Assembly (NCBI RefSeq): GCF_006345805.1
Contig: NC_043006.1
Location: 21,266,001-21,330,000, forward strand
Direction: 5' to 3'
DNA length: 64,000 nucleotides
Origin: Octopus sinensis
Lineage: Eukaryota
In this document: piece after piece, positions 37,508-49,814 of the stretch
How positions within the stretch are numbered: the first letter of the stretch is position 1
Layout of the letters: each line of letters begins with the position of its first letter
Program-made: the position numbers and the translations under genes
Notes under the pieces: generated by a model
The model's database searches: none
Told to the model about the DNA's origin: nothing
The model's input: the letters and a program-made list of their open reading frames with translations, nothing else

Positions 37508-37626
37508 CTGAGGAAAAACATGAAAAATAATATTAGCTCTATGCTGGATACTTTTTTGTATCTATTTTGGGCAACAAACCAGTTTCATTATATTTATATG
37601 TTGATTGAATATATGTACTATCTTAC
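37508..37626 (-). other. Putative 119-bp GT-AG intron in the Tc1 transposase
   Basis: GAG|GTAAGA ... TTTTTCCTCAG|CTT; removal joins SDESNYE in frame to LSGTCGATFVHRRVGE. Confidence 0.7.
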
Positions 37627-37893
37627 CTCATAATTACTTTCATCAGACTATATGACTTTTGGCCCACTGAAGACGTTTTTCCATATTCGCTTCAGAAACC
37701 CATTGCTTCTTCCTGGATTTTCCGTACTCTACAAGTCTTCTTCTAACAGTTCTGGTTGAATTATTTGCATTGTTGAAGTCTGCACAGAGTTCCGACGATG
37801 TTTTTCTTCTGTTTATGAGCGACTTACGGATGATGGATCTGTCTTCACGAGGTGATGTAACTTTCTGCCTGTTATTTGCATTGCCTTCACATA

Positions 37894-39065
37894 CGAGGGA
37901 CGTTCAATAAGTAATGCCTCTGACCCACTTGCAGTGTTTGATCTAGCTGAAATTTGCATGTGCAATCATTTATATCTCTATAGAGTAAGTGGCAAATTAC
38001 AGCTCTGAATTAATTGTGGTTTCTGATTTACAGGTGTTTGAACCGAGTCAAGTGTGAAATGGAGCCTGTTGAGTGTCGAGCAGTGATCCTGTTTTTGTAT
38101 TTGAAAGACGCACGGCTCCCAGATCTGGTCGCCCCTTCTGCCATTGATGAGGCATCTGTCCATCAAGTTGAGGCTGCCATCTTGGAAGATCGACGCATAA
38201 TTATTCGCCAAATAGCCCATGAGGTCAAGATTAGTACCGGATCTGTGGAAACTATCATTCATGACCATTTGCATATGCAAAAGGTGTCTGCCAGATGGAT
38301 TTCCAGGTTGCTCACAACTTTCCAGAAGCAAGAACGCGTTGAGTGCTCGAGGATGAATTTGGAGATGTGCCAAGAAGATGAGTTAAAATTTTTCAAAAGA
38401 CTGATTACACAGGATGAAACCTGGGTCCATCACGATGATCCAGAAACCAAAACCCAGTCAATGCAGTGGAAGCACCGTGACTCACCCCCTCCAAAGAAGG
38501 CAAGGGTGCAGCCCTCCGCTGGCAAGGTCATGCTCACAGTCTTCTGGGACCAGGACGGAGTAGTGATGTCAGATTTCCTGGCAAAGGGTACCACAATTGC
38601 AGGAGCCTATTATGCTTCACTTTTGAGGAAATTAAGAGAAGTTATCAAAATCAAGAGGCGGGGCAAGATCAGCAAAGGCATCCTCCTCCTGCAGGACAGC
38701 GCTCCGGTCCACAACTCGCTTGTCGCCAGATCAGAAGCACAGGCGTATGGCTATGAACTCTTCCCCCATCGCCCTACTTTCCTGACCTTGCACCCTCTGA
38801 TTTTCACCTCTTCCCAGTCATGAAGTTGTTTTTGAAAGGAAAGCGTTTCCCAGATGATGCAGCCTTGATTTCTGAAGTCACGTCGTGGTCGGAGGACCAA
38901 GCTGGGGTCTTCTACAAAAACGGTCTCCAGAGCTGCATCAAACAATGGGAGAAATGCGTAACTCTGGGTGGTTCCTATGTAGAAAAAGACTAATAACTGT
39001 GCCAAGTTTCGTTGCTTTACTGCTATGGGAAGTGGTTCAGGGGCATTACTTATTGAACGCCCTCG
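37894..39065 (+). mobile_element. Mariner (DD34D-type) element nested in the Tc1, internally deleted
   Basis: TIRs CGAGGGACGTTCAATAAGTAATGCC and its near reverse complement, TA TSD; TQDETWVHH...LLQDSAPVH...SPDLAPSDFHLF; deletion after MEPVECRAVILFLYLK and a frameshift near 38775. Confidence 0.95.
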
Positions 39066-39529
39066 TATTTCGTCTCCCTGAGGTGCTTCAGAGACTTTTG
39101 CACTGCACATCGAGAACATTTCATCTTCTGAGCAACTTGCCTTTGAGACATTCCATCTTCATGATGGCCTACGATTTGACCTCGCTCACACTCACTCAAC
39201 TCCATTGTTTTAGGCATTTTACTGTTTATCAACTGTATCTACAATGTATTTTAGCATAAAACACTGAAATAATCAAGGAAACATAAGTTAATTTTGGACG
39301 TTGGTCTTACTCATAATTGGTTGCATATGTACAGTACAGTATAAAAGTGGTAATTGACGCTAAAGGAGGGTCAACCAGATATTAATACTAATGTATATTG
39401 TGAAAAATACCATAATCTAACATGTGCACGAGTTTCATTAACATTGAGATAACAGAACCCCAAAATATTGGGGCGGCCTAATACTTTTGGCCAAGGCTGT
39501 ATATATATATATGTATACTTATACATATG

Positions 39530-39725
39530 TGTATGTGTTTCTGTGTCTGTGTTTGTCCCCAACAATCGGATGACAGCTGATGTTGGTGTATTTGAGTTCG
39601 GGAAAAGAATCCAAGAGGATAAGTACTAGGCTTACAAAGAATAAGTTCTGGGCTCGATTTGTTCGACTAAAGGCGGTGATCTAGTATGGCCGCAGTCAAT
39701 GATTTCAACAAATAAAAGAATAAAG
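39530..39725 (+). mobile_element. SINE family 1, 3' half
   Basis: TTCGACTAAAGGCGGTG..CTAGTATGGCCGCAGTCAATGA tail. Confidence 0.7.
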
Positions 39726-39822
39726 GAATATATTATATATATATATATATATATATGGTATATATATATACATATTTTTGTTGTGCGTGTGCTATATAAT
39801 ATGTGCATGTTATATCTACATA

Positions 39823-39864
<42 letters not shown>

Positions 39865-40634
39865 CGTATATAATATATATACGTATATATATATATATAC
39901 GTATATTATATATACGTATATTATATCTATATATATATATATATATTATATCTACGTATCTATATATATATACACGTATATATATATAATACGTATATAT
40001 ATATATACGTATATATATAATATATATATATATATAGATATGTCTATATATATACTTATATATTTCTACACGTATTATATATATATAAATACACATATTT
40101 ACATATACTTGTGAGTGTGCGAGCGCATGTGTACATGTTATATATATATATATATTATATATGCCAATAAATATGCAGACACATTACACACAGGTGCGCA
40201 TACACAGACACATACACACACAAAACAAACAACTTTTCTCAATAATATGTAATTGATTAACAATTCTCTGGATAAATTTAATTTTTCTTAATAAGTTTTC
40301 ATATATCCTTATCAGTCGTTTTTGTTTGCTTAAAATAATAACGTTCATAATTTCATCAACCTTTCCCCATCCTCTCTTCTTAGAATATCATGCAGCGGAA
40401 AACTGTAACATATATATATATATTATATATATATAATATATATATATATATACATATATATATCTTATATATACATATATACATACATACATACATACAA
40501 ATATTATATATAATTATATAATATAAATTATATATATATAATACATATATTTAAACATATATATACACTATAAACATATATGTAGATATATATATATATA
40601 TTTATAGATATATATACACACATATATAAACATC

Positions 40635-40665
<31 letters not shown>

Positions 40666-40666
<1 letters not shown>

Positions 40667-40976
40667 AGGACGCGTGGCTTAGTGGTTAGGGCATTCTGCT
40701 CATGATCGTAGGTTTGTGAGTTCGATTCCCCGCACGCGTTTGTCCTTGAGCAAGACACTTTATTTCACGTTGCTCCAGTCCACTCAGCTGGCAAAAATGA
40801 GTTGTACTTGTATTTCAAGGGTCAGCCTTGTCACTCTCTGTGTCACGCTGATTACCCCGAAACTACTTTAAGGGTACCATGTCTGTGGAATGCTCACATT
40901 TGGCCGTTAATTTCACGAGCAAGCTGTTCCATTGATCGTATCAACTGGGACCCGCGTCGTCGTAACCGGCGGAGTC
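40666..40976 (+). mobile_element. Mosaic SINE: family 4-type head and middle with a family 3-type tail
   Basis: 5' TTGAGCAAGACACTTTATTTCACGTTGCTCCAGT as in family 4; 3' GTATTTCAA.GG..CCTTGTCACTCTCTG...GTCGTCGTAACCG as in family 3. Confidence 0.85.
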
Positions 40977-40978
40977 TT

Positions 40979-41040
<62 letters not shown>

Positions 41041-41325
41041 TAGTCAATCCAAACATGAACACAAGAAAAGCGAGGGACCTGTAATAATTACAGTGTTATT
41101 GATGCTCGTGCTTACGTTAATAATAATTCAGGATTAAGTAAAAAGACAACACACACAAATATGAACCTTACCTTTATTTATATAATTTTTTAGAAAATCG
41201 TGTAGCAATAAACAATCGAGCCACATAACACACAGATAGACAATAAAACTCAAAGGTCCCAATTCTTCATGAGTTATCTATATAAGATCTTGCAATCCAA
41301 ATCCCAAAAACTATTTATATAATAT

Positions 41326-41390
<65 letters not shown>

Positions 41391-41414
41391 GTAATATATA
41401 TATATTATATGATA

Positions 41415-41593
41415 GATTGACAATAGAATCGTTACCACTACACACATTTTTCTCTCCTTTTCTTTTCTGTGTCCCTTTCTGTAGAAGAGCGTAGGCTCGA
41501 AACGTAAAAGACGTTTTCTATCCTGAAGGTATACTAATGCATTCTGTTTTTTTGTACGCCACTGTCTTCGTCTTTGTTTTTTTCGTAAACTTT

Positions 41594-41600
<7 letters not shown>
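41415..41600 (+). mobile_element. Family C short Penelope-like element
   Basis: Between (TA)n tracts; homologous to the other three copies. Confidence 0.8.
41475..41510 (+). ncRNA. Minimal hammerhead-like motif (A6U core variant)
   Basis: CTTT-CTGTAGA-A-GAGC(GTAG)GCTC-GAAA-CG-T-A-AAAG. Confidence 0.5.
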
Positions 41601-41630
<30 letters not shown>

Positions 41631-41650
41631 TATATATATATATATATTAT

Positions 41651-41689
41651 ATAGAGAGAGAGAGAGAGAGAGGAGAGAGGAGGAGAGAG

Positions 41690-41762
<73 letters not shown>

Positions 41763-41787
41763 TAGATAGATAGATAGATAGATAGGC

Positions 41788-41886
<99 letters not shown>

Positions 41887-41892
41887 GAGAGA
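41651..41892. repeat. (GA)n-(GATA)n microsatellite
   Basis: Read directly. Confidence 0.97.
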
Positions 41893-42118
41893 GCCATAGA
41901 AATTTACTCATGTGGTAAGACATGTTTGCATCCAATGGGTGTCATTTAGACAAGACAGACTGATTGGGTAGAAACGAGTTGCAAGTCATAACGAGGCAAA
42001 CTTTGTTACTAAAGTATGTGACCATACCAAACAATACCGCGATCACTTCATTGAAGAACGCATTCTTTGTTTTTTTTTCACTAAGAATATCTATGTATGT
42101 GTTTATACGTGTATGCTG

Positions 42119-42440
42119 AGACCCGCTTCGGTCATGACTGACTATGGGGTTGCACCTAAGAAGTTACCCTCCCAGGCACAAGTCCGGGCAATGATGTTTA
42201 TGGAAGACCAGCAGTCGCCCATGCATACCGGCCTCCTCTCTCTACACCACCAGTGTTATCCAAGAGAAAGGCAAAGGGGTCGATACAGCTTGACACCTGT
42301 GACGTCGCAACTCATTTCTACAGCTCTTTGAACTGGGGCAACGTGAAATAAAATGTCTTGTTCAAGAACGCAACTCACCACCCGGTCCGGGATTCGAACT
42401 CAGAACCTCACGATCGTAAGCTCGACGCTCTAACCACTGA

Positions 42441-42444
<4 letters not shown>
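42119..42444 (-). mobile_element. SINE family 4
   Basis: Colinear with 14387-14715; head abuts (TA)n in both copies. Confidence 0.9.
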
Positions 42445-42485
<41 letters not shown>

Positions 42486-44070
42486 AGGAGATGTGAAACA
42501 CGAGTTGTGATATATAAAAAAAGGAAATGAAGAAAATGCTGACAAAATAATTTAAGTAAGGGAGAGTGTATTTAATTAGGTGAAAGTTCTTTTTAAACAA
42601 AAAAAGAGAAAAATGGGTTAGAATACAATGTTCATTTTTTGTGAATGATTTCAGTGTATAAGAAAAAAAGTTAGAGTCTTTTACAGTTCTGTTTCAGAAT
42701 AAGATATTTAGTAAAAGCGTGTAATATACATTTTTTTGTGGAAAAGTTCAATGTCAGATTTCAGTGTAGAATAAAAAAAGTAAGAGTTTACCGGTTGCGC
42801 ATTTGTTATGCTTATCAAAAGATATTTTGAGTGAGATAGAGTTCCTTTCTGATTGATTTTTTTCTCTTATCTGACTTTATGTTGGGTTTGCTGTCTCTTA
42901 TATGTGAAAAAATAGGTTTTTCATTGTTTGATTTGCCTAATAGTGGTTTTATCTCTAATTTAATATAATATATATATATATAATAATGTTTTTCTAATTT
43001 CATATATATATATATATATACACATATGTGTGTGTGTGTGTATTATATAAAAGAATGGCTGTACTAGCATACATAACTGAGTACGTACATACGTAGGATC
43101 TTTTCTGCTTGGTTGTCACTTTTCAATTTTTAGATAATACAGTTCTATATCCTCATTTCTTTAATTTTTGTTGCAGTTAACTTCATATTATATGTAGTTT
43201 TGTACGCTAATCATTGACATGAAATTCATTTTCGCCATAAATCAATAAATAATTAATACCTTCTAAAGTTTGCAAATTTTGGGTAATATTACCAGTCGTA
43301 AGCAACAGACACATCCATGCCTGTTTCGATAGTAACGAGCCAAGCTGTTCCCAAGCTATTTACTCAGGGGCCACTTTTACGCTTATTAAATGTGGTTGTG
43401 AGATGTACTAACAATAAAATTTAAATAGGCCTTAAATCACGCGACACATGTTTTATTGGCGAGCTTTTGCATAATAGCATGAATTCCCGAGTGAAGAATG
43501 CAAATTCGCAAAGATTTTCTGAAAATTCCCAATACTATAAAAGTTAAGAGTGGTTATATGGCGTGCGAAATACAGAATTCCGTCAAAGTTTCATTTGTTT
43601 ACAGTTGGCACAAAATGACAGCTTCCAAATCCTGTTCTCTGACTGGGTAAAAATGATCAAAACTTAAACCTCTATAACTTTTTCTTTTAATTTTCTGGAA
43701 AAAGTTAAATATTTCCCGAGAATCAACGTGGAAAATTTACATCAATACACCAAACTTTAAAAAAATTTTACTGAACTTTGAAATTTCCATAGATGCAGCT
43801 AAACAGTAAAGATCCCATATATACGTTTTTATTATTTTTTGCAACTTACTTAATCATTGACATTTTATTGTTATTTTAATTTTAATATTTCTATTATATG
43901 TAATTTTCTAGATGGTGTAATTTAATTGTTCATTTTGAATTGATAAAAGGTAGCTTTTTTCTAATTCTTTATATATATATTATATCGTCTAAAATTTGAT
44001 TTAGTATTTCTAAATTGAATTTTTTTCCCTGTAAGTTTGGATTTATATTCCCTCAAATAATAACTATTAC

Positions 44071-44103
<33 letters not shown>

Positions 44104-44671
44104 AATATATAGATATATATGGATGAATGTATATGTATACATATCTGCGTACTTAAATATATTATATACACACACACATACACATATATTCACGTATTTA
44201 TACATGCGTGTGTGTGTGCTTGTATTTATGTGAAGTCATCACCCTCAAGAATACATACATACATACATACATACATACATACATACATAAGTTTGTGTAG
44301 ATAGATAGATAAATAGATGTGCGTTTGTGTATATGAATATGTGTGTATATGTATGTACAAACAAACTCACACACGTATATATACATACACACTGACCCAA
44401 TTTCAAATATAGAATAATATTTGTGCTTTGCATACTAATGAGATAATCGTTTTTCTTGTGCATTGAAAGAGAAGTTATCACTTGCTGATTCACTGAGTTG
44501 TCAACACATTGACAACGATAAGTCACTTTTCGACCAGTTTTTGAGAGGAATGTTTCTATTACAAGTATTCATAGTAACATAAGTGAAGAGATGTTGATTT
44601 TTACAAAGGTTATTTCAAATCTTTTAAGAATCACTCGGGTGTTCTTGTTCATTTTCATTTGTTTCATTTGG

Positions 44672-45058
44672 CTGCGGCCATGCTGGAGCACCACCTTGAA
44701 AGGTTTCAGTCGAACAAAGCAACTTCTGGACTTTGCTTTTTAAGCTTAGCACTTTTCCTATCGGATTTATTTTGCCGAACCACTAGGTTACGGGGACCTA
44801 AACACATCAACACCGGTTGTCAAGCGGTGACGGGGAGGGAGGAGAAAGACAGACACAAAGACACACACGCACAAACACACACACATATGTTTATATGTGT
44901 TTATATGAGTTTCTTTTAGTTTCCCTCTACCAAATTTAGTCACAAGTCTTTGGTCAACCCGAGGCTATACTACAAGAAACTTACCCACAGTGCCACGCAG
45001 TAGGACTGAACCCAGAACCATGTGGTTGGTAAGTAAGCTTCTTACCACTTAGCCACGA
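44672..45058 (-). mobile_element. SINE family 1, diverged full length
   Basis: Colinear with 23572-23977. Confidence 0.85.
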
Positions 45059-45329
45059 CCGGTTTTTGACGCATTATCAGGCAAAGCTGTCTCAGAAAAT
45101 GCTGCAATTGAGAATGCTGTAATCAGTTGTGTGACCTTGTGAAGAAGTGTAATTCTCTTCACAACAGGCTAATAATTGTGCTGACGCTAGCTTTGGTGTG
45201 TGTATATGTGTGTTTGTGGTATTGTTTATTGGGGCCTGTATTAATCAAGAGAAGGTTAAATTTTCAGGACATAAACCGGTTAACAGTGTTAGGCTGACTA
45301 GTTTTCTTTGCCAATGGCCAAAGGATATT

Positions 45330-45950
45330 TGATGGTGAAACAACTAGGGTATTAGAGAACTTCAGGACCTCTAACAAGATCAAGAATAGGTATGATGTTC
45401 AGTGACCTCTATGTTGAAGGCTTTGGTTGCAGAAACTTATTGTGTGATTTCCTAATGTGTTTGCAACCGTCGAACCTCAAGGAAATGTCTCTTTTGACGG
45501 GTCTTGTTCTTGAAAAGCCTCCGAAACATCCGTCTAACCACATGCAAATGCTACAAGAGTTCCGTTTTAAGATATTCCATTTCGTGCCATCCAGTACCAC
45601 TCCCCCATTACAGCCGATGGGCCAACGGGTAAATGTAAATTAATAAAGAAACTTCAGAGTTTTGTTTTGAATTGACTTCCAGTGATGTAACTTAAAAACG
45701 ACTTCAAAGAAAGCCCTTGCTTCAACAGTGTAAGATGGTGTTTGTTTAACGGTAAACTCATGAAGTGATTTTCTAAGTGCTTCAACTCTTCCTGAGGAGT
45801 ATTGTTGTTTTATGATGTCTCTTCAAGAAGACTTATAAATGTTTGGAGTTAAAGAAATTTTTTTGTCACAGGATTTGTTGTTAAAGAAGTTGCTTGTTTG
45901 GACAATTCCATGAGTCTGCTGGTGAACGAAGAGAATGTAAGCGAATTGTT
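45330..45950 (+). mobile_element. Degenerate Tigger/pogo transposase remnant
   Basis: LVLEKPPKHP...HFVPSSTTPPLQPMGQRV resembles the LLLDNAPAHP...FLPPNTT..LQPMDQ.V motif of pogo-type DDE domains. Confidence 0.65.
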
Positions 45951-46885
45951 TACAAAATGTCGACGACTTAAAGGAGTTTCATTGGGAAATTATTAAATCC
46001 ATGGAATAACAACTGATCTCTGGAGAAGAGAACAATAAATAAATAAATAGATAGATAAATATTTAATAATGAGAACAACTAAAGAAGGACATTTTTTCTG
46101 GCCTGATCTCGCAAACTCTGTGTGAACCTGTCAGATTTTCCTTGAGAATATTTAATCAGATGTCAACTATTTTTCTGGCAAAGTGTGTCAATACCGATGG
46201 ACTCTTGAGAAGAGTAGAATGCGGTACTCCGTTTTGAATACTTTCTGTATGAAAAGGACATATCTTTCTACATATTTAATGTCCCCGTACGAAAAGAAGA
46301 TGGTTACAATAATCCTGTACAAAATAGTTCTCTTAAAAGTCTGAGACGAAATTACTGCTCTCCTTTTTCTCAATATCTTCCTCTTCCACTACCCTTCTGC
46401 TGCCATTCATTTTCCCATACAGCTTGTCAAGCCCGAATGAGAAATTCAGTTTTGAATTAATTAATTATATTTTACTCTTTAAATTTTTAATTTTTGCATT
46501 TTTTTTTCCTAACTTTAATTAATCTTTGATTCCTTTTACAGATTATTTATGTTATTTATCATAACAATTTTAATGTTATATCCTTAATGTCTGTTCGGTC
46601 TTATATCTCGTTGGCAGGAGAGCTTTTAAATGATATTTCTATTCATTCATTACTATTTTGCTTTATTTTTTTTTCTCTTCTTGACATTTGTTCATTAATA
46701 TCTTATTCTATGTTTATTACAGTAATTTTGTGATATGCATTTACTATTTATCAAATAATTACGACTTGTTAATATCTTAAAGAGGTGAGCTGGGTATAGA
46801 ATATTGGTTTATGTTGGAATAAATTAGATACGAATCTAGAAGATCGGAAAGAAAAGGTGCTCCGTGCTATCTATCTCCCCACCCC

Positions 46886-46925
<40 letters not shown>

Positions 46926-46949
46926 GTATATATTATATATATATAAGCA

Positions 46950-46986
<37 letters not shown>

Positions 46987-47054
46987 CACATATATATATG
47001 TTGTGTGGTGTGTGTGTGTGTGTGGTGTGTGCACTCTCACAAATATATATTAGC

Positions 47055-47255
47055 GTCTAATTTTGGCACAGGACTAGCAATTTCGGAGGATGGAAAAATC
47101 GATTACATCTACCCCGGAGCTCAACGAATACTTATTTTATCGGCACCGAAAGGATGGGAGGCTATGTCGTCCTCGGCAGAATTTGAACTCACAACGTAAA
47201 GATGAACGAAGGGCCGCTGAGTATTTTGTCCAGCCTCATAATGATTCTGCCAGCT
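47055..47255 (-). mobile_element. Older family 2-related SINE
   Basis: TTTTGGCACAGG tail and CTCGGCAGAATTTGAACTCA core. Confidence 0.7.
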
Positions 47256-47257
47256 CG

Positions 47258-47321
<64 letters not shown>

Positions 47322-47602
47322 CAACAATTGAGGTTAAAATTAATTTAATATTAATCAATCTCACCAGTATTCAGTATGTAAAGGGACCATTTAAGGCGAA
47401 TTCAAATTATTAATTATATAAAAGGGCTTAGTAAAATAAATTACTTTGCCACATACCGAACTCATTAGAAATAGCAGCTAAAAAAATTTTTTAAAACTAT
47501 TTCTAATACTTAAAGAAAATCTTCTCATATAGTGTTTGCTCAAGTCAACTCATCACGAAGGTATGGGGGTATCAACATAAAAAATCAAATGCAAAGGTTA
47601 TT

Positions 47603-47652
47603 TGAGAACGTACTTTCTAGATTAGTCAAATCGACATTTCTTCGTCATCTCA
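47603..47652 (-). ncRNA. Degenerate hammerhead copy in the inverted arm
   Basis: Minus strand TGAG-ATGACGA...GAAAGTACGTT-CTCA; core changes may be decay or assembly error. Confidence 0.4.
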
Positions 47653-48174
47653 GAACTCCTTGATTCGGATTTGGGAACACTGAAAGTGGGAGCATACCCC
47701 TTTGGCTTCTTATCACTTCTGAAGATCTGCTCGAACTATCAGTGCCAGCAAGTATTAAGTATTAGAAATAGTTTTTAAAAAATTTTTTTTTAGCTGCTAT
47801 TTCTAATGAGTTCAGTATGTGGCAAAGTAATTTATTTTACTAAGCCCTTTGATATAATGTAATAATTTGAATTCGCCTTAAATGGTCCCTTTACATACTG
47901 AATACTTGGTGAGATTGATTAATAATTAATTAATTTTACCCTCAATTGTTGAAATTATAATTCATTCTCTCTATTTAATGCTTCGGTCTCTACCGATAAA
48001 ACATAGTGTTTACCAATTTTAACCCACGCTGTGGGTGGAAAGGGGAGAGCAGAAATTCTTCGCTTGCATATTTTGAATTTGTTGGCACTGATAGTTCGAG
48101 CAGATCTTCAATGATAAAAGCCAAAGGGGATGCTCCCACTTTCAGTGTTCCCCCAAATCCGAATCAAGGAGTTC

Positions 48175-48224
48175 TGAGCTGACGAAAGAAATGTCGATTA
48201 CTAATCTAGAAACGTACGTTCTCA
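48175..48224 (+). ncRNA. Type I hammerhead motif
   Basis: TGAG-CTGACGA(48179-85)-A-AGA...TCT-A-GAAA(48209-12)-CGTACG-T-T(48220)-CTCA. Confidence 0.7.
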
Positions 48225-48733
48225 AATAACACTTTGCATTTGATTTTTTAATGTTTGACCCCCATACCTTCGTGATTTGACTTGAGCAAACACTATATGA
48301 GAGAGATTTTCTTAAGTATTAGAAATAGTTTAAAAAAAAATTTTTTTTTAGCTGCTATTTCTAATGAGTTCAGTATGTGGCAAAGTAATTTATTTTACTA
48401 AGCCCTTTTATATAATGTAATAATTTGAATTCGCCTTAAATGGTCCCTTTACATACTGAATACTTGGTGAGATTGATTAATAATTAATTAATTTTACCCT
48501 CAATTGTTGAAATTATAATTCATTTCTCTCTATTTAATGCTTCGGTCTCTACCGATAAAACATAGTGTTTACCAATTTTAACCCACGCTGGTGGAAAGGG
48601 GAGAGCAGAAATTCTTCGCTTGCATATTTTGAATTTGCTGGCACTGATAGTTCGAGCAGATCTTCAGAAGTGATAAGAAGCCAAAGGGGTATGCTCCCAC
48701 TTTCAGTGTTCCCAAATCCGAATCAAGGAGTTC

Positions 48734-48785
48734 TGAGCTGACGAAAGAAATGTCGATTTGACTAATCTAGAAACGTACATTCTCA
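48734..48785 (+). ncRNA. Type I hammerhead motif, stem III palindrome mutated
   Basis: TGAG-CTGACGA(48738-44)...GAAA(48770-73)-CGTACA-T-T-CTCA. Confidence 0.6.
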
Positions 48786-48976
48786 ATAACCTTTGCATTG
48801 ATTTTTTAATGTTTGTACCCCCATACTTCGTGAGTTGACTTGAGCAACACTATATGAGAGAGATTTTCTTTAAGTATTCGAAACAGTTTAAAAAAATTTT
48901 TTTAGCTGCTATTTCTAATGAGTTCAGTATGTGGCAAAGTAATTTATTTTACTAAGCCCTTTTATAATAATATATA

Positions 48977-49052
<76 letters not shown>

Positions 49053-49059
49053 TGTTTTT

Positions 49060-49321
49060 TGTATTTTATGTTCGTGTGGCATCGTCCGTTTTTCTGTCCC
49101 TGTTTCGTATACATTCGATCCTTCTTCCAAGAAATCTAATGCTCGTAGCTTAGTTTTTCCTTGGGGCTGGCCGGATCGGAGCGATCTCAAGATTAATCAG
49201 CCGAAATTGCTACGATGATCCGGTTCTTGACTGAAGATTGAAGGCTTCGAATGTCCCGTCCGTGTTTTTTGTATCGTCTTCTAAATGTTTTACGTTCTTG
49301 TCCCAGTTTGTATTTTTCTAC

Positions 49322-49325
<4 letters not shown>
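49060..49325. repeat. Unclassified element between TA and TAA tracts
   Basis: GC-richer block bounded by simple repeats; single copy in this window. Confidence 0.35.
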
Positions 49326-49368
<43 letters not shown>

Positions 49369-49377
49369 TATATATAT

Positions 49378-49545
49378 ATAATGGGAAAGTTTACGAAAAT
49401 AAACAAAACACGAAGGCAGGTGGAGTACAAACAAACAAATGTCTTAGTATAGCGCTCAGGAATAGAAATAGAAAAAGTCTTTTACGTTTCGAGCCTAAGC
49501 TCTTCGACAGAAAGATACACAGAAAAAAACAAGGAGAGAAAAATG
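49378..49545 (-). mobile_element. Family C short Penelope-like element
   Basis: Closely matches 32365-32570; motif TCTTT-CTGTCGA-A-GAGC(TTAG)GCTC-GAAA-CG-T-A-AAAGA at 49478-49515. Confidence 0.8.
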
Positions 49546-49547
49546 CG

Positions 49548-49602
<55 letters not shown>

Positions 49603-49768
49603 TATGTGCGTGTTTGTATGTGTGTATATGTATGTATGTATATATATATATATGTATAAGATATATATACAATGGTAGTCCCACCTATTTGGTGTCACGT
49701 TACTTGGTTCTTTCTATAATATTTTGTCCATTGCATTATATTATATTATATATATATATATATATATA

Positions 49769-49814
<46 letters not shown>

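Larger units (their letters stand above)
36854..39499 (-). mobile_element. Tc1-family transposon with both TIRs, pseudogenised
   Basis: ~140-bp TIRs (36854-36988, 39357-39499), TA at both ends; MPKTMELSECERGQIVG...SDESNYE/LSG...TIKHGSGSILMWACMS...WPFQSPDLNPIEHLWG...AVINAKGGSTR. Confidence 0.92.
47318..48967 (+). mobile_element. Family A array: ~430-bp inverted arm plus about 2.2 tandem units of 558-559 bp
   Basis: 47318-47748 in reverse orientation, 47749-48967 in tandem; (TA)n on both sides; one hammerhead motif per unit. Confidence 0.9.

Noticed and set aside
43260-43830. Possible non-autonomous DNA transposon
   Set aside because: Complex sequence, but I could not identify matching TIRs or a TSD.
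49225-49262. Hammerhead in the unclassified 49060-49325 element
   Set aside because: CTGAAGA is present, but GAAA is GAAT, stem II has a 1-nt loop and no stem I partner was found.
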